A stretch of 64,000 nucleotides of DNA. It comes from Deltaproteobacteria bacterium. GTDB lineage: Bacteria; SAR324; NAC60-12. The notes under the pieces are model-generated. The model saw only the letters and a program-made list of their open reading frames with translations. It did not search any database and was not told where the DNA came from. Location: positions 2,458-66,457 of the forward strand of contig JAYOTF010000018.1 of the NCBI GenBank assembly GCA_038150265.1, given 5' to 3'. This document shows positions 9,350 through 19,709 of this stretch, piece after piece (the stretch's first letter is position 1; each line of letters begins with the position of its first letter). The translations under genes and the position numbers were made by a program.

Positions 9350-10498
9350 TTAACGGATGGATTGGGTCAGGTAGTCCAGCACGGGGTGAGGCTCCTGGGG
9401 GTTCACAAACGCCTCCGGAATGAAGCGTGGAGGAAGCACCATGCCGCGCTCCATCATGTGCTCAATGATGTGCTGGTACGGCAGGTGGGTCTTTCCCACC
9501 AGCAGCGTTTCCAGGCTCTTGCCACTCCGGAAGTGCTCGAGCATCATCCGGAAGCCGCTCAGGTAGACGTGATCCTTGGTAAAGCCGCCTCCTCGGTACG
9601 CCCGGGCCGTGACGTCAAACGCATGGTGCGGGTCAATGTGATGCTGCTCCACCAGGCGCTGAAAGGTCCGGCTGAACGGGTTCGCACGGAGCATCGACGA
9701 AATGGCCACCACCCGCAGCGCCATCTCACGCAAGCGCGTCACGGTCAGGTTTCCGGAGAGGAACTCGCTCAAAATGGCCAGCCCCTCCTGCGTCGTCGTG
9801 TTCACCGGCAGGCCACTCTGAAAGACATTCAGGGGCTGCAGGCGGGCATTGGTCGTGGTGAGGAAGTGGATGCCAATCTCGTGATTTGCCAGCGCCTGAG
9901 CTTCACGACGCGACAGCGTGACCCCCTTGCGGATCTTCAGCCCCTTCGAGCCCGCGAGGGCCTTCGCAATGATCTGGGTGCTGTGTTCAATGGGACACCG
10001 GAAGCCATAGCCCTCGGAGGTGGTGTGAAACAGCGCCTCCATCTCGGCAGCAGAGAGGAGGTGGTGCTCTTCCGGATCATGCAGGGGTGCGGCATGAAGC
10101 AGGAACTCGGCGTTGTCGATGTCTGCGGCACTGGGCTCTCCGAAGTAGCGCATGCTGCTGTACATGAAGCGCTCGGTTCCAATGCTGAAGAGCAGGTCCG
10201 CCCGGTCTGAGTTCGACTGCACCACGTCCCCATAAAGCTCCTGCACCAGCGGGTCATCAATCCGCTCCACGGGGACCCGATGCAGCGTCCGCTTGAACTC
10301 AAACGGATCCAGCACAATGGGACGGTAGCGGAACTCGGGCTCATGCCGGTAGTGGGAGGAGAAGAAGCGACGCCGTTCGGATTCAAGGTTGACGGGGGTG
10401 ACAAAGCGGAGGAGGTCGGTGTGACGCCCGGCTTTCTGGATGGCGCGGTCGATCTTGAGGACCACCGGGTCCGGGAACGCGCTGATGCCCTTTTTCAT
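9350..10498 (-). CDS. DUF1704 / QEGLA-motif metallopeptidase (MATCAP-like tyrosine/phenylalanine carboxypeptidase fold)
   Basis: HEIGIH zinc motif, TQEGLA, RAYRGGGFTKDHVYLSG. Confidence 0.85.
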   Translation of the reverse strand: MKKGISAFPDPVVLKIDRAIQKAGRHTDLLRFVTPVNLESERRRFFSSHYRHEPEFRYRPIVLDPFEFKRTLHRVPVERIDDPLVQELYGDVVQSNSDRADLLFSIGTERFMYSSMRYFGEPSAADIDNAEFLLHAAPLHDPEEHHLLSAAEMEALFHTTSEGYGFRCPIEHSTQIIAKALAGSKGLKIRKGVTLSRREAQALANHEIGIHFLTTTNARLQPLNVFQSGLPVNTTTQEGLAILSEFLSGNLTVTRLREMALRVVAISSMLRANPFSRTFQRLVEQHHIDPHHAFDVTARAYRGGGFTKDHVYLSGFRMMLEHFRSGKSLETLLVGKTHLPYQHIIEHMMERGMVLPPRFIPEAFVNPQEPHPVLDYLTQSIR

Positions 10499-10598
10499 GT
10501 GAGGCCTGATGGAAGGTGGAGGTACGCTCCCCGGGAGGGAAGCGCTTCCAAGCTATCAGATTCCAATCCGGAAGCAACTCCAGAAATCAGGTGGCGCC

Positions 10599-11360
10599 TC
10601 AGTAACTTCCCGCCTGCTGCATGCGCTGCTCCATCCACCGGACACCTTGGGAAACCACCACGATGAGCAGGAAGTACTCCAGCACCAAAAACGTGTAGAT
10701 TTCCAGAGGGCGGTACTGGCTCACTACCAGCTCGTTGGCCCGGCGCGTCAGCTCCGTCATGCCAATCACCGACACCAGGGAAGACATCTTGATCATGTAC
10801 ACAAACTGGTTGCCGATGGCCGGCAACACCCGCTTGACGGCCTGGGGCAAAATGATCAGGCGCATCTTCTGCCAGTAATTGAGCCCGAGGGAACTCGCCG
10901 CGTCATGCTGCCCCCGCTCAATCGACTGAATGCCTGCCCGGAAGATCTCCGCCTCAAACGGACTGTCACAGATCGCCAGCGCCAGCACCCCTGCCGCAAA
11001 CGATTCCAGCGACACATCGAGCAGCACCGGGAGCCCATAATAGACCCAGAGGATCATCACCAGCACCGGAACCGAGCGGAAGATCTCCACATACACCCGA
11101 TTGAACGCCCGGGCTCGGGGATTTTTGGAGAGCCCGGGAAGCGCCACCAACAGCCCGAGGGCAATGGAAAACACATTGGCGAGCACCGCAAGGAGCAGCG
11201 TGTCCTGAAGCCCGGCAAGGAGGAATTTGAGGTTGGTTTGACCTTGAGGATGGGTTGGCGACACCACGTGCCAGGCCCAGGTGTAGCTGGAACTGCATCC
11301 GGCAGCCCCAAAGAGGAGCACCAGGAGCAGTCCGGAGAGTCGCAATTTCACAAAAACCAA
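10599..11360 (-). CDS. Polar amino acid ABC transporter permease (orphan)
   Basis: YVEIFRSVP, AEIFRAGIQSIERGQHDAA (EAA loop), IILPQA. Confidence 0.9.
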   Translation of the reverse strand: MVFVKLRLSGLLLVLLFGAAGCSSSYTWAWHVVSPTHPQGQTNLKFLLAGLQDTLLLAVLANVFSIALGLLVALPGLSKNPRARAFNRVYVEIFRSVPVLVMILWVYYGLPVLLDVSLESFAAGVLALAICDSPFEAEIFRAGIQSIERGQHDAASSLGLNYWQKMRLIILPQAVKRVLPAIGNQFVYMIKMSSLVSVIGMTELTRRANELVVSQYRPLEIYTFLVLEYFLLIVVVSQGVRWMEQRMQQAGSY

Positions 11361-11484
11361 AAGGAAGGATCGGCCCCTTCACACGACCTCGGCGGCCGGG
11401 GGCGTTCATCATGCACACACGTTAACAGCCACCATTATTGCGGATCCGTCTCCCGACACAAGCTCGAGACCCGGACTCCCCTCG

Positions 11485-11524
11485 AAAAAAGAGCGGGCCG
11501 CCCCGTGCTACCGGTTCAGCCCGC
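11485..11524 (-). terminator. Rho-independent terminator of the fasciclin gene
   Basis: Minus strand reads GCGGGCTG...CGGCCCGC followed by TCTTTTTT, about 60 nt after the stop. Confidence 0.6.
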
Positions 11525-11584
11525 ACCTGAAACGTGAGGCAAACATCACATTCAATCCGAGATCCGCAGCTCCCGGGACTGCCT

Positions 11585-12076
11585 TCAGGAAGAGGGCAGG
11601 ATGACCTTGTCAATGACGTGGATCACGCCATTGGACGCCTCGATGTCGGTTTGGGTCACCTGAGCATCATTGACCATGACCTTGCCCATCTGCGTCTTGA
11701 CGTCAAAGGTCTGCCCATTCAGGGTCGCCGGCGAGAGCGACTTCCCAACCACGGCCGAGGACATCACCTTCCCGTCCAGGACATGGTACAGCAGGATGCT
11801 CTTGAGCTGATCCTGATTTTCTGGCTTCAGCAGATTTTCCACAGTGCCTTCCGGAAGCGCCGCAAAGGCCGCATCGGTGGGAGCAAACACGGTGAAGGGC
11901 CCCCCATTGGCCAGCGTGTCTGCCAGCCCAGCAGCCTGAGCCGCAGCCACCAGCGTGTTGAAGGAACCCGCTCCCACGGCGACTTCCACCAGGTTCTTGC
12001 CTCCATGCCCCATTGCGAACAGGGAGTGCGCGCTGATCAGGGTCGCGGCCACCAGCATCAAAGCTTTACGAAACAT
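11585..12076 (-). CDS. Fasciclin (FAS1) domain secreted protein
   Basis: Signal peptide MFRKALML..., [30 protein letters not shown]; GGAGAA RBS upstream. Confidence 0.93.
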   Translation of the reverse strand: MFRKALMLVAATLISAHSLFAMGHGGKNLVEVAVGAGSFNTLVAAAQAAGLADTLANGGPFTVFAPTDAAFAALPEGTVENLLKPENQDQLKSILLYHVLDGKVMSSAVVGKSLSPATLNGQTFDVKTQMGKVMVNDAQVTQTDIEASNGVIHVIDKVILPSS

Positions 12077-12614
12077 TTGCTTCTCCATCTCATCAACAAT
12101 TCCAAAAAAGAAAACAGGCCCTGAACCATTTCGGAGCCCTCGCCTTTCCAACTGCAGGGGCCCCACCATCAAAAAAATTTCAGGAGCGCTTTCGTGTATC
12201 AAATGATCTGTATCAATTTCCCACTCCGTTTTCTCTAAGGCTGACGGCCTCAGCCCCCCAAAAAATTCCCGGCGCCCCCACCCCCTGGAAGGAGGAAGGT
12301 GTAACCAATTCTCCAAGGAAACCGTGAGAAATTCTCCGGACCGCCCCGTCATCCGCTCTTTTTGAGTCACTTCAAAGATAATTTTCTCACGAATCTGGAT
12401 TCTTCCGGGTTTCCGGTCCCCCAGAAGGCGATGGGTTCCAGAGGGGCCCTGGCCTCTGCTTTCCCCCATGGAGGCTTCGCTTTCGGGGGGTTCCCCTGTG
12501 CGGCAAACCAACCGTTTTGTGTTTAATTTCATGAGAAACCCTGCTATATTTTCGTCTTTCATCTCCGCTGTTTGAAGAGTCCGCAAACTCAACCGCCCCC
12601 ATCGCGAAAAGATC

Positions 12615-15368
12615 ATGGATTCCTACTCCTTCCTGAGCAACGCCGATCTCGGTGCCTACGACGACCTGTATCAGCAATTTCGGCAAGACCCCAACTCCGT
12701 CTCTCCAGACTGGCGCAAGTTCTTTGAGGGCTTTGAGTTTGCGCGGACGGATTATGACGCCCCTTCCGAGGGCGGTGGTGCCGCTGAGGCGGTGGCTCCG
12801 GAGAAGTTCCAGAAGGAGATCGCCGTCAGCAACCTGATTGGCGCCTACCGGCAGCGCGGACACCTCTTTGCGAAGACCAACCCCGTCCGGGAACGCCGCA
12901 AGCACGAAGCCCCGATTCTGCTGGAAAGCTTTGGGCTGGGAGAGGCAGACCTCGACACCACCTTTCAGGCGGGAGCCCGGATTGGGCTGGGCCCGGCAAC
13001 GCTCCGGGACATTGTGGCGCACCTTGAGCAGACCTACTGCGGCAGCATCGGGGTCGAGTACAAGTTTGTCCGGACTCCGGAAGTGATCGAGTGGCTGGAG
13101 TCACGCATGGAGGCCTGCCGGAACACTCCGGACTTTGGCCCTGAAGACCGCAACCACATCCTCCGCAAGATCCATGAGGCCGTGGCGTTCGAGAACTTCC
13201 TCCACACCAAGTTCGTGGGCCAGAAGCGCTTCTCGCTTGAGGGATGCGAGGCCATCATTCCAGCGCTTGATACCATTGTTGAGCACGGCTCCGAACACGG
13301 CATCAAGGAGTACGTCATTGGCATGGCTCACCGGGGACGCCTGAACGTCCTGGCGAACATCCTGGGAAAAACCTACGACGACATCTTCACCGAGTTTGAA
13401 GGCAAGGCCTTTGGCATTGACGGCTTTGCGGGTGACGTGAAGTACCACATGGGCTTCTCCAGCGACAAGAGCACCCGCAACGGCGAAAACGTCCACCTCA
13501 GCCTCACCCCGAATCCGTCGCACCTTGAGGCCGTGAACCCGGTGGTGGAAGGAATCGTCCGGGCCAAGATCGACCACCGTTACGGCGGAGACGAGAAGCA
13601 GATTGTCCCGATCCTCATCCACGGCGACGCCTCCATTGCCGGACAGGGCATCATTTACGAAGTGCTGCAGATGTCGCAGCTGGCAGGCTACCGCACCGGA
13701 GGGACCGTCCACGTGGTCCTCAACAACCAGGTCGGCTTCACCACCGACTACATCGAGGGGCGCTCCAGCACCTACTGCACCGACATTGCCAAGACCACCC
13801 TCTCTCCGGTCTTCCACGTCAATGCGGATGACATTGAAGCCGTCGTCTACGTGACTCAGCTCGCGCTCGAGTTCCGACAACGCTTCCACCGTGACGTGTT
13901 TGTCGACATCCTCGGGTACCGCAAGCACGGGCACAACGAGTCCGACGAGCCCCGCTTCACGCAACCGACCCTCTACAAACTCATCGGGAAGCACCCGAAT
14001 CCGCTGCAGGTCTACAGCAACAAGCTGGTGGAAACCGGCAAGATGGAAGAGGCAGACATCCGCAAGATGGAGCAGGAGTTCAAGTCCTTCCTGACCGACC
14101 GTTTTGAAGAATCCAAGCAACGAGAATCCGCCAAGGTCATGTCCTTCCTGGAGGGTGAGTGGTCGGGCATTCGGCGGGCCCTGAATGAAGACTTCGACTA
14201 CTCTCCGGAGACGGGAGTCGAGGAGCCCCGCTTCCGGGAACTGGCCCAGCGCATGACCACCCTTCCGGAAGACATGCAGTTCTTCCCGAAGATCCGGAAG
14301 CTCTACGAAGACCGCTGGAAGATGGTTGCCGACACCGACCGGTTGGACTGGGGAATGGCAGAAAACATGGCCTACGCCACCATGCTGGATGAAGGCCGCC
14401 CCGTCCGGATCAGCGGTCAGGACGTGGGACGCGGCACCTTCGCCCATCGACACGCCGTGGTCACCTCTGAAGACGACGTCAAGTACGTTCCACTCAACCA
14501 CCTCAACGATCACCAGGAACGTTTCTCCATCTACAACTCCCTGCTTTCGGAGTACGGCGTGCTGGGATTCGAGTTTGGCTACTCCTACTCCACGCCCACC
14601 GGCCTGGCGATCTGGGAGGCCCAGTTTGGGGACTTCGCCAACGGCGCCCAGATCATCATCGACCAGTTCATCAGCTGCTCGGAAACCAAGTGGCAGCGCA
14701 TGAACGGCCTGGTCATGCTCCTTCCGCACGGATACATGGGGCAGGGTCCGGAGCACTCCTCGGCACGTGTGGAGCGCTACATGGAGCTCTGCGCCGACAA
14801 CAACATGCAGGTGGCCAACTGCACCACGCCCGCGAACCTCTTCCACATCCTCCGGCGCCAGCTCGTCCGAGACTTCCGGAAGCCGCTGGTCATCTTCTCG
14901 CCCAAGGACCTCCTCCGGCATCCGCAGTGCGTCAGCTCGGTGGCCGAGTTCACTGAAGGCACCCGGTTCCGGGAGGTCATTGATGATGCGGGAGTGGAGG
15001 CCTCTCAGGTCCGGCGGGTGCTCTTCTGTACCGGAAAGATCTATTACGAACTGCTGGCCCGCCAACAGGAGCAGCAGCACCTCAACACCGCCATTGTGCG
15101 CCTGGAGCAGCTCTACCCGGTGCCTGAAGTCCAGCTCCGGGAGGTGGTCCGGCGGTACAGCAACGCGGAACAGTGGGTTTGGGTTCAGGAGGAGCCGGAG
15201 AACATGGGGGCCCTGTCCTTCATTGCTCGCCAGTTTGGCAAACGGCAACTCACACCGGCACCTCTGCGCCTGATCGCCCGACGCGAGAGCAGCACGCCTG
15301 CCACCGGATTTGCCAAAATCCACGCCATTGAGCAAAAGGAACTCATCGACAAGGCCTTTGCCGCCTGA
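12615..15368 (+). CDS. sucA: 2-oxoglutarate dehydrogenase E1
   Basis: [48 protein letters not shown]. Confidence 0.98.
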   Translation: MDSYSFLSNADLGAYDDLYQQFRQDPNSVSPDWRKFFEGFEFARTDYDAPSEGGGAAEAVAPEKFQKEIAVSNLIGAYRQRGHLFAKTNPVRERRKHEAPILLESFGLGEADLDTTFQAGARIGLGPATLRDIVAHLEQTYCGSIGVEYKFVRTPEVIEWLESRMEACRNTPDFGPEDRNHILRKIHEAVAFENFLHTKFVGQKRFSLEGCEAIIPALDTIVEHGSEHGIKEYVIGMAHRGRLNVLANILGKTYDDIFTEFEGKAFGIDGFAGDVKYHMGFSSDKSTRNGENVHLSLTPNPSHLEAVNPVVEGIVRAKIDHRYGGDEKQIVPILIHGDASIAGQGIIYEVLQMSQLAGYRTGGTVHVVLNNQVGFTTDYIEGRSSTYCTDIAKTTLSPVFHVNADDIEAVVYVTQLALEFRQRFHRDVFVDILGYRKHGHNESDEPRFTQPTLYKLIGKHPNPLQVYSNKLVETGKMEEADIRKMEQEFKSFLTDRFEESKQRESAKVMSFLEGEWSGIRRALNEDFDYSPETGVEEPRFRELAQRMTTLPEDMQFFPKIRKLYEDRWKMVADTDRLDWGMAENMAYATMLDEGRPVRISGQDVGRGTFAHRHAVVTSEDDVKYVPLNHLNDHQERFSIYNSLLSEYGVLGFEFGYSYSTPTGLAIWEAQFGDFANGAQIIIDQFISCSETKWQRMNGLVMLLPHGYMGQGPEHSSARVERYMELCADNNMQVANCTTPANLFHILRRQLVRDFRKPLVIFSPKDLLRHPQCVSSVAEFTEGTRFREVIDDAGVEASQVRRVLFCTGKIYYELLARQQEQQHLNTAIVRLEQLYPVPEVQLREVVRRYSNAEQWVWVQEEPENMGALSFIARQFGKRQLTPAPLRLIARRESSTPATGFAKIHAIEQKELIDKAFAA

Positions 15369-15436
15369 ACCCGGGGGCGGCTCTGCCGCCCTGAGCCACG
15401 ACCGAACCCCAACCCCTCAAGTCAAGAAAACCGACT

Positions 15437-16675
15437 ATGCCGATTGTAGACGTAAAAATCCCGAGCCCTGGCGAATCCATCACCGAAGTGGAAATTGGAA
15501 CCTGGCTCAAGGCCGATGGTGATCTGGTTCAGGTGGATGAGCCACTCTGCGAAATTGAGACCGACAAGGCCACCCTGCCGCTGATGGCCGAATCCACGGG
15601 GGTCCTCCGCATTGTTCTCGAATCCGGGGCCACTGCTGCCGTGGGAGACGTCGCGGCTCAGATTGACACCGATGCGGCGGGCGCGGCCCCGGAAGCCCCC
15701 AGCGCTCCGGCGGCAGAAGCACCGGCACCCTCCGCACCGGCTCCGGAAGCTCCAGCCCGGGACTCCTATGCGGCCGGCCACCCGGCTCCGGCGGCAGCCA
15801 AGCTGATGGCTGAGCAAAACGTCGCCTCCGGAAGCGTCGCCGGCTCCGGTCCGGGAGGGCGCGTGACCAAGCAGGACGTTCAGGAGCACCTGAAAGCGGC
15901 GCCTCCGGAAGCAGCTCCCAGCGCCCCAACTCCAGAAGCCGAGGCTCCAGCTCCGGTTGCGGCCCCCACAGAACCGCGGGCCCAGAGCCGTGAGCGCATG
16001 AGTCGCCTGCGTCGCAAGCTCGCTGAGCGGCTGGTTTCGGTCAAGAATGAAACCGCCATGCTGACGACCTTCAATGAGGTCGACATGAAGGCCATCTTTG
16101 ACCTCCGGAATGCCCACAAGGGGCAATTTGAGAAGAAGCACGGGGTGCGGCTGGGCTTCATGGGCTTCTTCGTCAAGGCCTGCTCCCAGGCCCTGATGGA
16201 GTTCCCCCTGGTCAATGGACAGATCGATGGCGACGACCTCGTTACCTTCGACTACGTGGACATGGGGATTGCTGTCAGCGCGCCGAAGGGCCTGGTGGTT
16301 CCGGTCATCCGGAATGCTGAAACCCTGACGATTCCGGAAATTGAGACCGAGATTGTTCGGTTGGCCAAGCGAGCCCGGGACAACAAGCTGTCCATTGAAG
16401 AAATGGACGGGGGCACCTTCTCCATCACCAACGGGGGGGTGTTTGGGTCCATGCTGTCCACACCGATCATCAACCCTCCGCAGAGCGCCATCCTGGGCAT
16501 GCACAACATTGTGGAGCGCCCCCTTGCGGTCAACGGCGAGGTCGTCATCCGTCCCGTCATGTACCTGGCGCTGTCCTACGACCACCGCATCATCGATGGC
16601 CAGCAGTCCGTCAGCTTCCTCTACCGGGTCAAGGAGTACCTTGAGAACCCTGCCCGGATGCTCCTGAGCGTCTAA
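15437..16675 (+). CDS. sucB: 2-oxoglutarate dehydrogenase E2 (dihydrolipoyllysine succinyltransferase)
   Basis: Lipoyl domain ETDKA, Pro/Ala linkers, YDHRIIDG. Confidence 0.98.
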   Translation: MPIVDVKIPSPGESITEVEIGTWLKADGDLVQVDEPLCEIETDKATLPLMAESTGVLRIVLESGATAAVGDVAAQIDTDAAGAAPEAPSAPAAEAPAPSAPAPEAPARDSYAAGHPAPAAAKLMAEQNVASGSVAGSGPGGRVTKQDVQEHLKAAPPEAAPSAPTPEAEAPAPVAAPTEPRAQSRERMSRLRRKLAERLVSVKNETAMLTTFNEVDMKAIFDLRNAHKGQFEKKHGVRLGFMGFFVKACSQALMEFPLVNGQIDGDDLVTFDYVDMGIAVSAPKGLVVPVIRNAETLTIPEIETEIVRLAKRARDNKLSIEEMDGGTFSITNGGVFGSMLSTPIINPPQSAILGMHNIVERPLAVNGEVVIRPVMYLALSYDHRIIDGQQSVSFLYRVKEYLENPARMLLSV

Positions 16676-16684
16676 GCTGGTGTC

Positions 16685-16708
16685 AGGAGGAGGCTCCGGC
16701 TTCCTCCT
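16685..16708 (+). other. Intercistronic stem-loop between sucB and lpdA
   Basis: AGGAGGAGGC-TCCG-GCTTCCTCCT hairpin with no U-tract. Confidence 0.5.
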
Positions 16709-16786
16709 TCCAGCGGAGGCTTCCCGTCTGGTCTTCCTCGCAACCCTCCCTGCCCACCCGCAGGAACAACTCCATACGAAACCGTT

Positions 16787-18190
16787 ATGTCCGCATTTGA
16801 TGTCACTGTTATTGGTTCTGGCCCCGGAGGCTACGTGGCCGCCATCCGTTGTGCCCAACTCGGCCTCAAGACGGCTCTGGTTGAGCGATACGCCACCCTC
16901 GGGGGCACCTGCCTGAACGTGGGCTGCATCCCGTCCAAGGCACTGCTCGACTCATCGGAGCACTTCCACAATGCCACCAAGCACTTTGAAGCCCATGGCA
17001 TCGGGGTCGCCAACCTGCAGCTGGACTGGCCCCGGATGCGGAGCCGCAAGGACGACGTGGTCTCGCAAACCTGCGCCGGCGTGAAGTACCTGATGGACAA
17101 GAACAAGATCACCGTTTTTCATGGGCACGGCAGCTTTCGGGATGCCCAGACCATTCAGGTGGCCAAGGACGACGGCACCCAGGAAACCTTCAGCACCGCC
17201 AAGGTGATCATTGCCACCGGCTCCAAGCCTTCGAGCCTGCCGGGCATCCCCCTCGACAAGCAGCGCATCATCACCTCCACTGAAGCCCTGCAGCTTCCGG
17301 AAGTCCCGAAGCGGATGGTCGTCATTGGAGGAGGCATCATTGGACTCGAGCTGGGTTCGGTCTACGCCCGTCTGGGAGCGCAGGTGCAGGTGGTGGAGTA
17401 CCTCGACCGCATCATCCCGAGCATGGATGGCGCCCTCGGCAAGGAGATGCTTCGGGTCCTCAAGCGTCAGGGCCTTGAATTCTTCCTCAGCCACGCGGTC
17501 CAGAGCGCTCAGGTGGAAGGGGACTCCGTCAGGGTTGTGGCCCGGAACAAGAAGGGCGAAGACGTCACCTTCGAAGGCGACTACTGCCTGGTTGCGGTGG
17601 GACGCCGCCCCTACACCGAAGGCCTGGGGCTGGAAAACATTGGGCTTGCGCCAACCGACCGTGGCCAGATTCCGGTCAATGAGCACCTCGAAACCGCGGT
17701 CCCGGGCGTGTACGCCATCGGAGACGTCATCCGGGGCGCCATGCTGGCTCACAAGGCGGAAGAAGAGGGCACACTGGTGGCGGAGATCATTGCAGGTCAG
17801 AAGCCCCACATCAATTACCGGAACATCCCAAGCGTCCTCTACACCTGGCCAGAGGCCGCAGGGGTCGGCTACACCGAGGAGGAGCTTCAAGCTGAAGGAC
17901 GGGCCTTCAAGTCAGGCGCCTTCCCCTTCAAGGCGCTGGGACGGGCTCGCGCGGCCATGGACACCGACGGACTCGTCAAGATCCTGGCGGATCAGGAAAC
18001 GGATGAGATCCTCGGCATCCACATGGTCGGTGCCCGAGTCGCCGACCTGATTGCAGAAGCCGTGGTGGCCCTGGAGTACCGGGCGAGCGCCGAGGACCTC
18101 TCCCGCATGTCTCACGCGCATCCCACCTTTGCCGAGGCCGTCAAGGAAGCGGCGCTGGATGCGACCGAGAAGCGTCCCATCCACCTCTAG
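16787..18190 (+). CDS. lpdA: Dihydrolipoamide dehydrogenase (E3)
   Basis: GSGPGG, GGTCLNVGCIPSK, HAHPT. Confidence 0.98.
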   Translation: MSAFDVTVIGSGPGGYVAAIRCAQLGLKTALVERYATLGGTCLNVGCIPSKALLDSSEHFHNATKHFEAHGIGVANLQLDWPRMRSRKDDVVSQTCAGVKYLMDKNKITVFHGHGSFRDAQTIQVAKDDGTQETFSTAKVIIATGSKPSSLPGIPLDKQRIITSTEALQLPEVPKRMVVIGGGIIGLELGSVYARLGAQVQVVEYLDRIIPSMDGALGKEMLRVLKRQGLEFFLSHAVQSAQVEGDSVRVVARNKKGEDVTFEGDYCLVAVGRRPYTEGLGLENIGLAPTDRGQIPVNEHLETAVPGVYAIGDVIRGAMLAHKAEEEGTLVAEIIAGQKPHINYRNIPSVLYTWPEAAGVGYTEEELQAEGRAFKSGAFPFKALGRARAAMDTDGLVKILADQETDEILGIHMVGARVADLIAEAVVALEYRASAEDLSRMSHAHPTFAEAVKEAALDATEKRPIHL

Positions 18191-18202
18191 TTCCGGGTCC
18201 GG

Positions 18203-18589
18203 ATGCTCCTGTTCTGGCACACCCAGCCCCGCCGTGTGGCGCTGGGAGCCACGGGCCTGCTGGTCCTGATCCTGGCCGTTCCGGTTCCGGAGCACCCCTT
18301 TCAGGAAACGCCGTTGCTTGACAAGTGGACGCACTTTGTGTTGTTCTGCGCGTTGGGCTGGACGTACCTGAATGCGTCCTTCCGGAGCCTTGCGGGCCCT
18401 GCCCGCACCCGCTTGTTCGTGGGGTGGGGCGCCACGGTGCTGATGGGAGGGCTCACAGAAGGCCTGCAGCGTCTGTTGCCCTGGCGATCTGCCGAGTGGC
18501 TCGACGCCGGGGCCAATGCCATTGGCGCCACCCTGGCCCTGCTGACCTGGCTCTTGCTCAAACGATCTCTTTCCTCTCAGACCCTGTAA
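18203..18589 (+). CDS. VanZ family membrane protein
   Basis: DKWTHFVLF, TEGLQRLLPWRSAEWLDAGANAIG. Confidence 0.8.
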   Translation: MLLFWHTQPRRVALGATGLLVLILAVPVPEHPFQETPLLDKWTHFVLFCALGWTYLNASFRSLAGPARTRLFVGWGATVLMGGLTEGLQRLLPWRSAEWLDAGANAIGATLALLTWLLLKRSLSSQTL

Positions 18590-18593
18590 CCTC

Positions 18594-19709
18594 ATGGCGC
18601 AACGCGATCGAATCCTCTTGGTGGACGATCAGGAAGACAATCGACTGGTGCTGGAAGACATGCTGCGCCGCCTCCGTTGCGAAGTTCATCATGCGGAATC
18701 CGGAGAAGAGGCCCTGGCCCTCGCACAGGCCTGGCGTCCGGACCTGATCCTCATGGACCAGATGATGCCGGGGCTGAGTGGGGTGGAGACCGTTGCACGC
18801 CTGAAGCAACTTCCGGACTTCGACCAGGTCCCCATCCTCATGGTCACGGCCAAGAGCGACACCGCGACCCTCCAGGATGCGTTTGACGCGGGCGCCGTCG
18901 ATTACATCGTCAAGCCGATTGACCCGGTCACGCTCACCGCACGGGTCCGCTCGGCCCTCCGGACCAAACACGCCTTTGACGAAATCCGCCGCCTCTCGCG
19001 GGACCTGATGGCGCAAAAGCAGGAGCTGAGCAACTTCACCCACATGGTCAGCCACGACCTCAAGTCCCCCGTCGTTGGCGCGGCCAGCCTCTACAACCTG
19101 TTTCTCTACCGCCTCAAGGACGAGTATCCCGATGTCTGGGGCGTGGAGGACTTTCAGGAGCTGCTGAACCGCATTCCGGACACCTTCAAGAAGATGCTCC
19201 GCTTCATTGACACCCTCCTGGCCTATGCAGAGGCGGGGCAGGTGATTGGAGAGCTGCAGCCCACAGACATGAGCCGTGTGGTGGCCATGGTGGTGCAGAA
19301 CTTTGAGTACGCCCGGCAGGAAGGGCTGGCTGAGATCGAGTGGAGTGCCACGCTTCCGGAAGTTGACTGCGACGTCGTCCGCATGGCGCAGGTCTGGCAG
19401 AACCTGATTGCCAATGCGATCAAGTACCGCGGTGAGCGTCAGCCGGTGCAGATCCGCATTGGACACGAGGTGCAGGAAGACGGGCACCACTTCTGGGTCC
19501 AGGACAACGGCCCCGGCGTGGCTCCGGATAATCATGAGCGGATCTTCGAGCCCTTTGTACGGGGTGAGGACTCGGTGGATGGACGCGGCATTGGCCTCGC
19601 CACGGTTCAGCGCATCCTGCAGGCCCACGGAGGCGCCATCTGGGTGGACTCGTCCTACACCGAAGGCGCTCGCTTCACCTTCTCCCTTCCGGTCCGTCAT
19701 GCTCCCTAG
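18594..19709 (+). CDS. Hybrid response regulator / histidine kinase (REC-HisKA-HATPase)
   Basis: ILLVDD...LMDQMMP...KP receiver; SHDLKSP H-box; NLIANAIKY, DNGPG, GIGLA. Confidence 0.92.
   Translation: MAQRDRILLVDDQEDNRLVLEDMLRRLRCEVHHAESGEEALALAQAWRPDLILMDQMMPGLSGVETVARLKQLPDFDQVPILMVTAKSDTATLQDAFDAGAVDYIVKPIDPVTLTARVRSALRTKHAFDEIRRLSRDLMAQKQELSNFTHMVSHDLKSPVVGAASLYNLFLYRLKDEYPDVWGVEDFQELLNRIPDTFKKMLRFIDTLLAYAEAGQVIGELQPTDMSRVVAMVVQNFEYARQEGLAEIEWSATLPEVDCDVVRMAQVWQNLIANAIKYRGERQPVQIRIGHEVQEDGHHFWVQDNGPGVAPDNHERIFEPFVRGEDSVDGRGIGLATVQRILQAHGGAIWVDSSYTEGARFTFSLPVRHAP

Noticed and set aside
12077-12616. N-terminal extension of the fasciclin ORF to 343 aa
   Set aside because: The RBS and signal peptide place the start at 12076; the upstream part is AT-rich regulatory DNA.
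13101-15335. Long antisense ORFs (744 aa opposite sucA; also 15422-16858, 27351-29039, 35667-37109, 46876-48321, 57022-58365)
   Set aside because: Shadow ORFs caused by high GC3 codon bias on the real strand; they have no recognisable motifs.
19408-19698. Longer amidase start (675 aa), and similarly over-extended starts for topA, dnaX, nudK and the permeases
   Set aside because: They overlap neighbouring genes or ncRNA; homology-like sequence begins at downstream ATGs.
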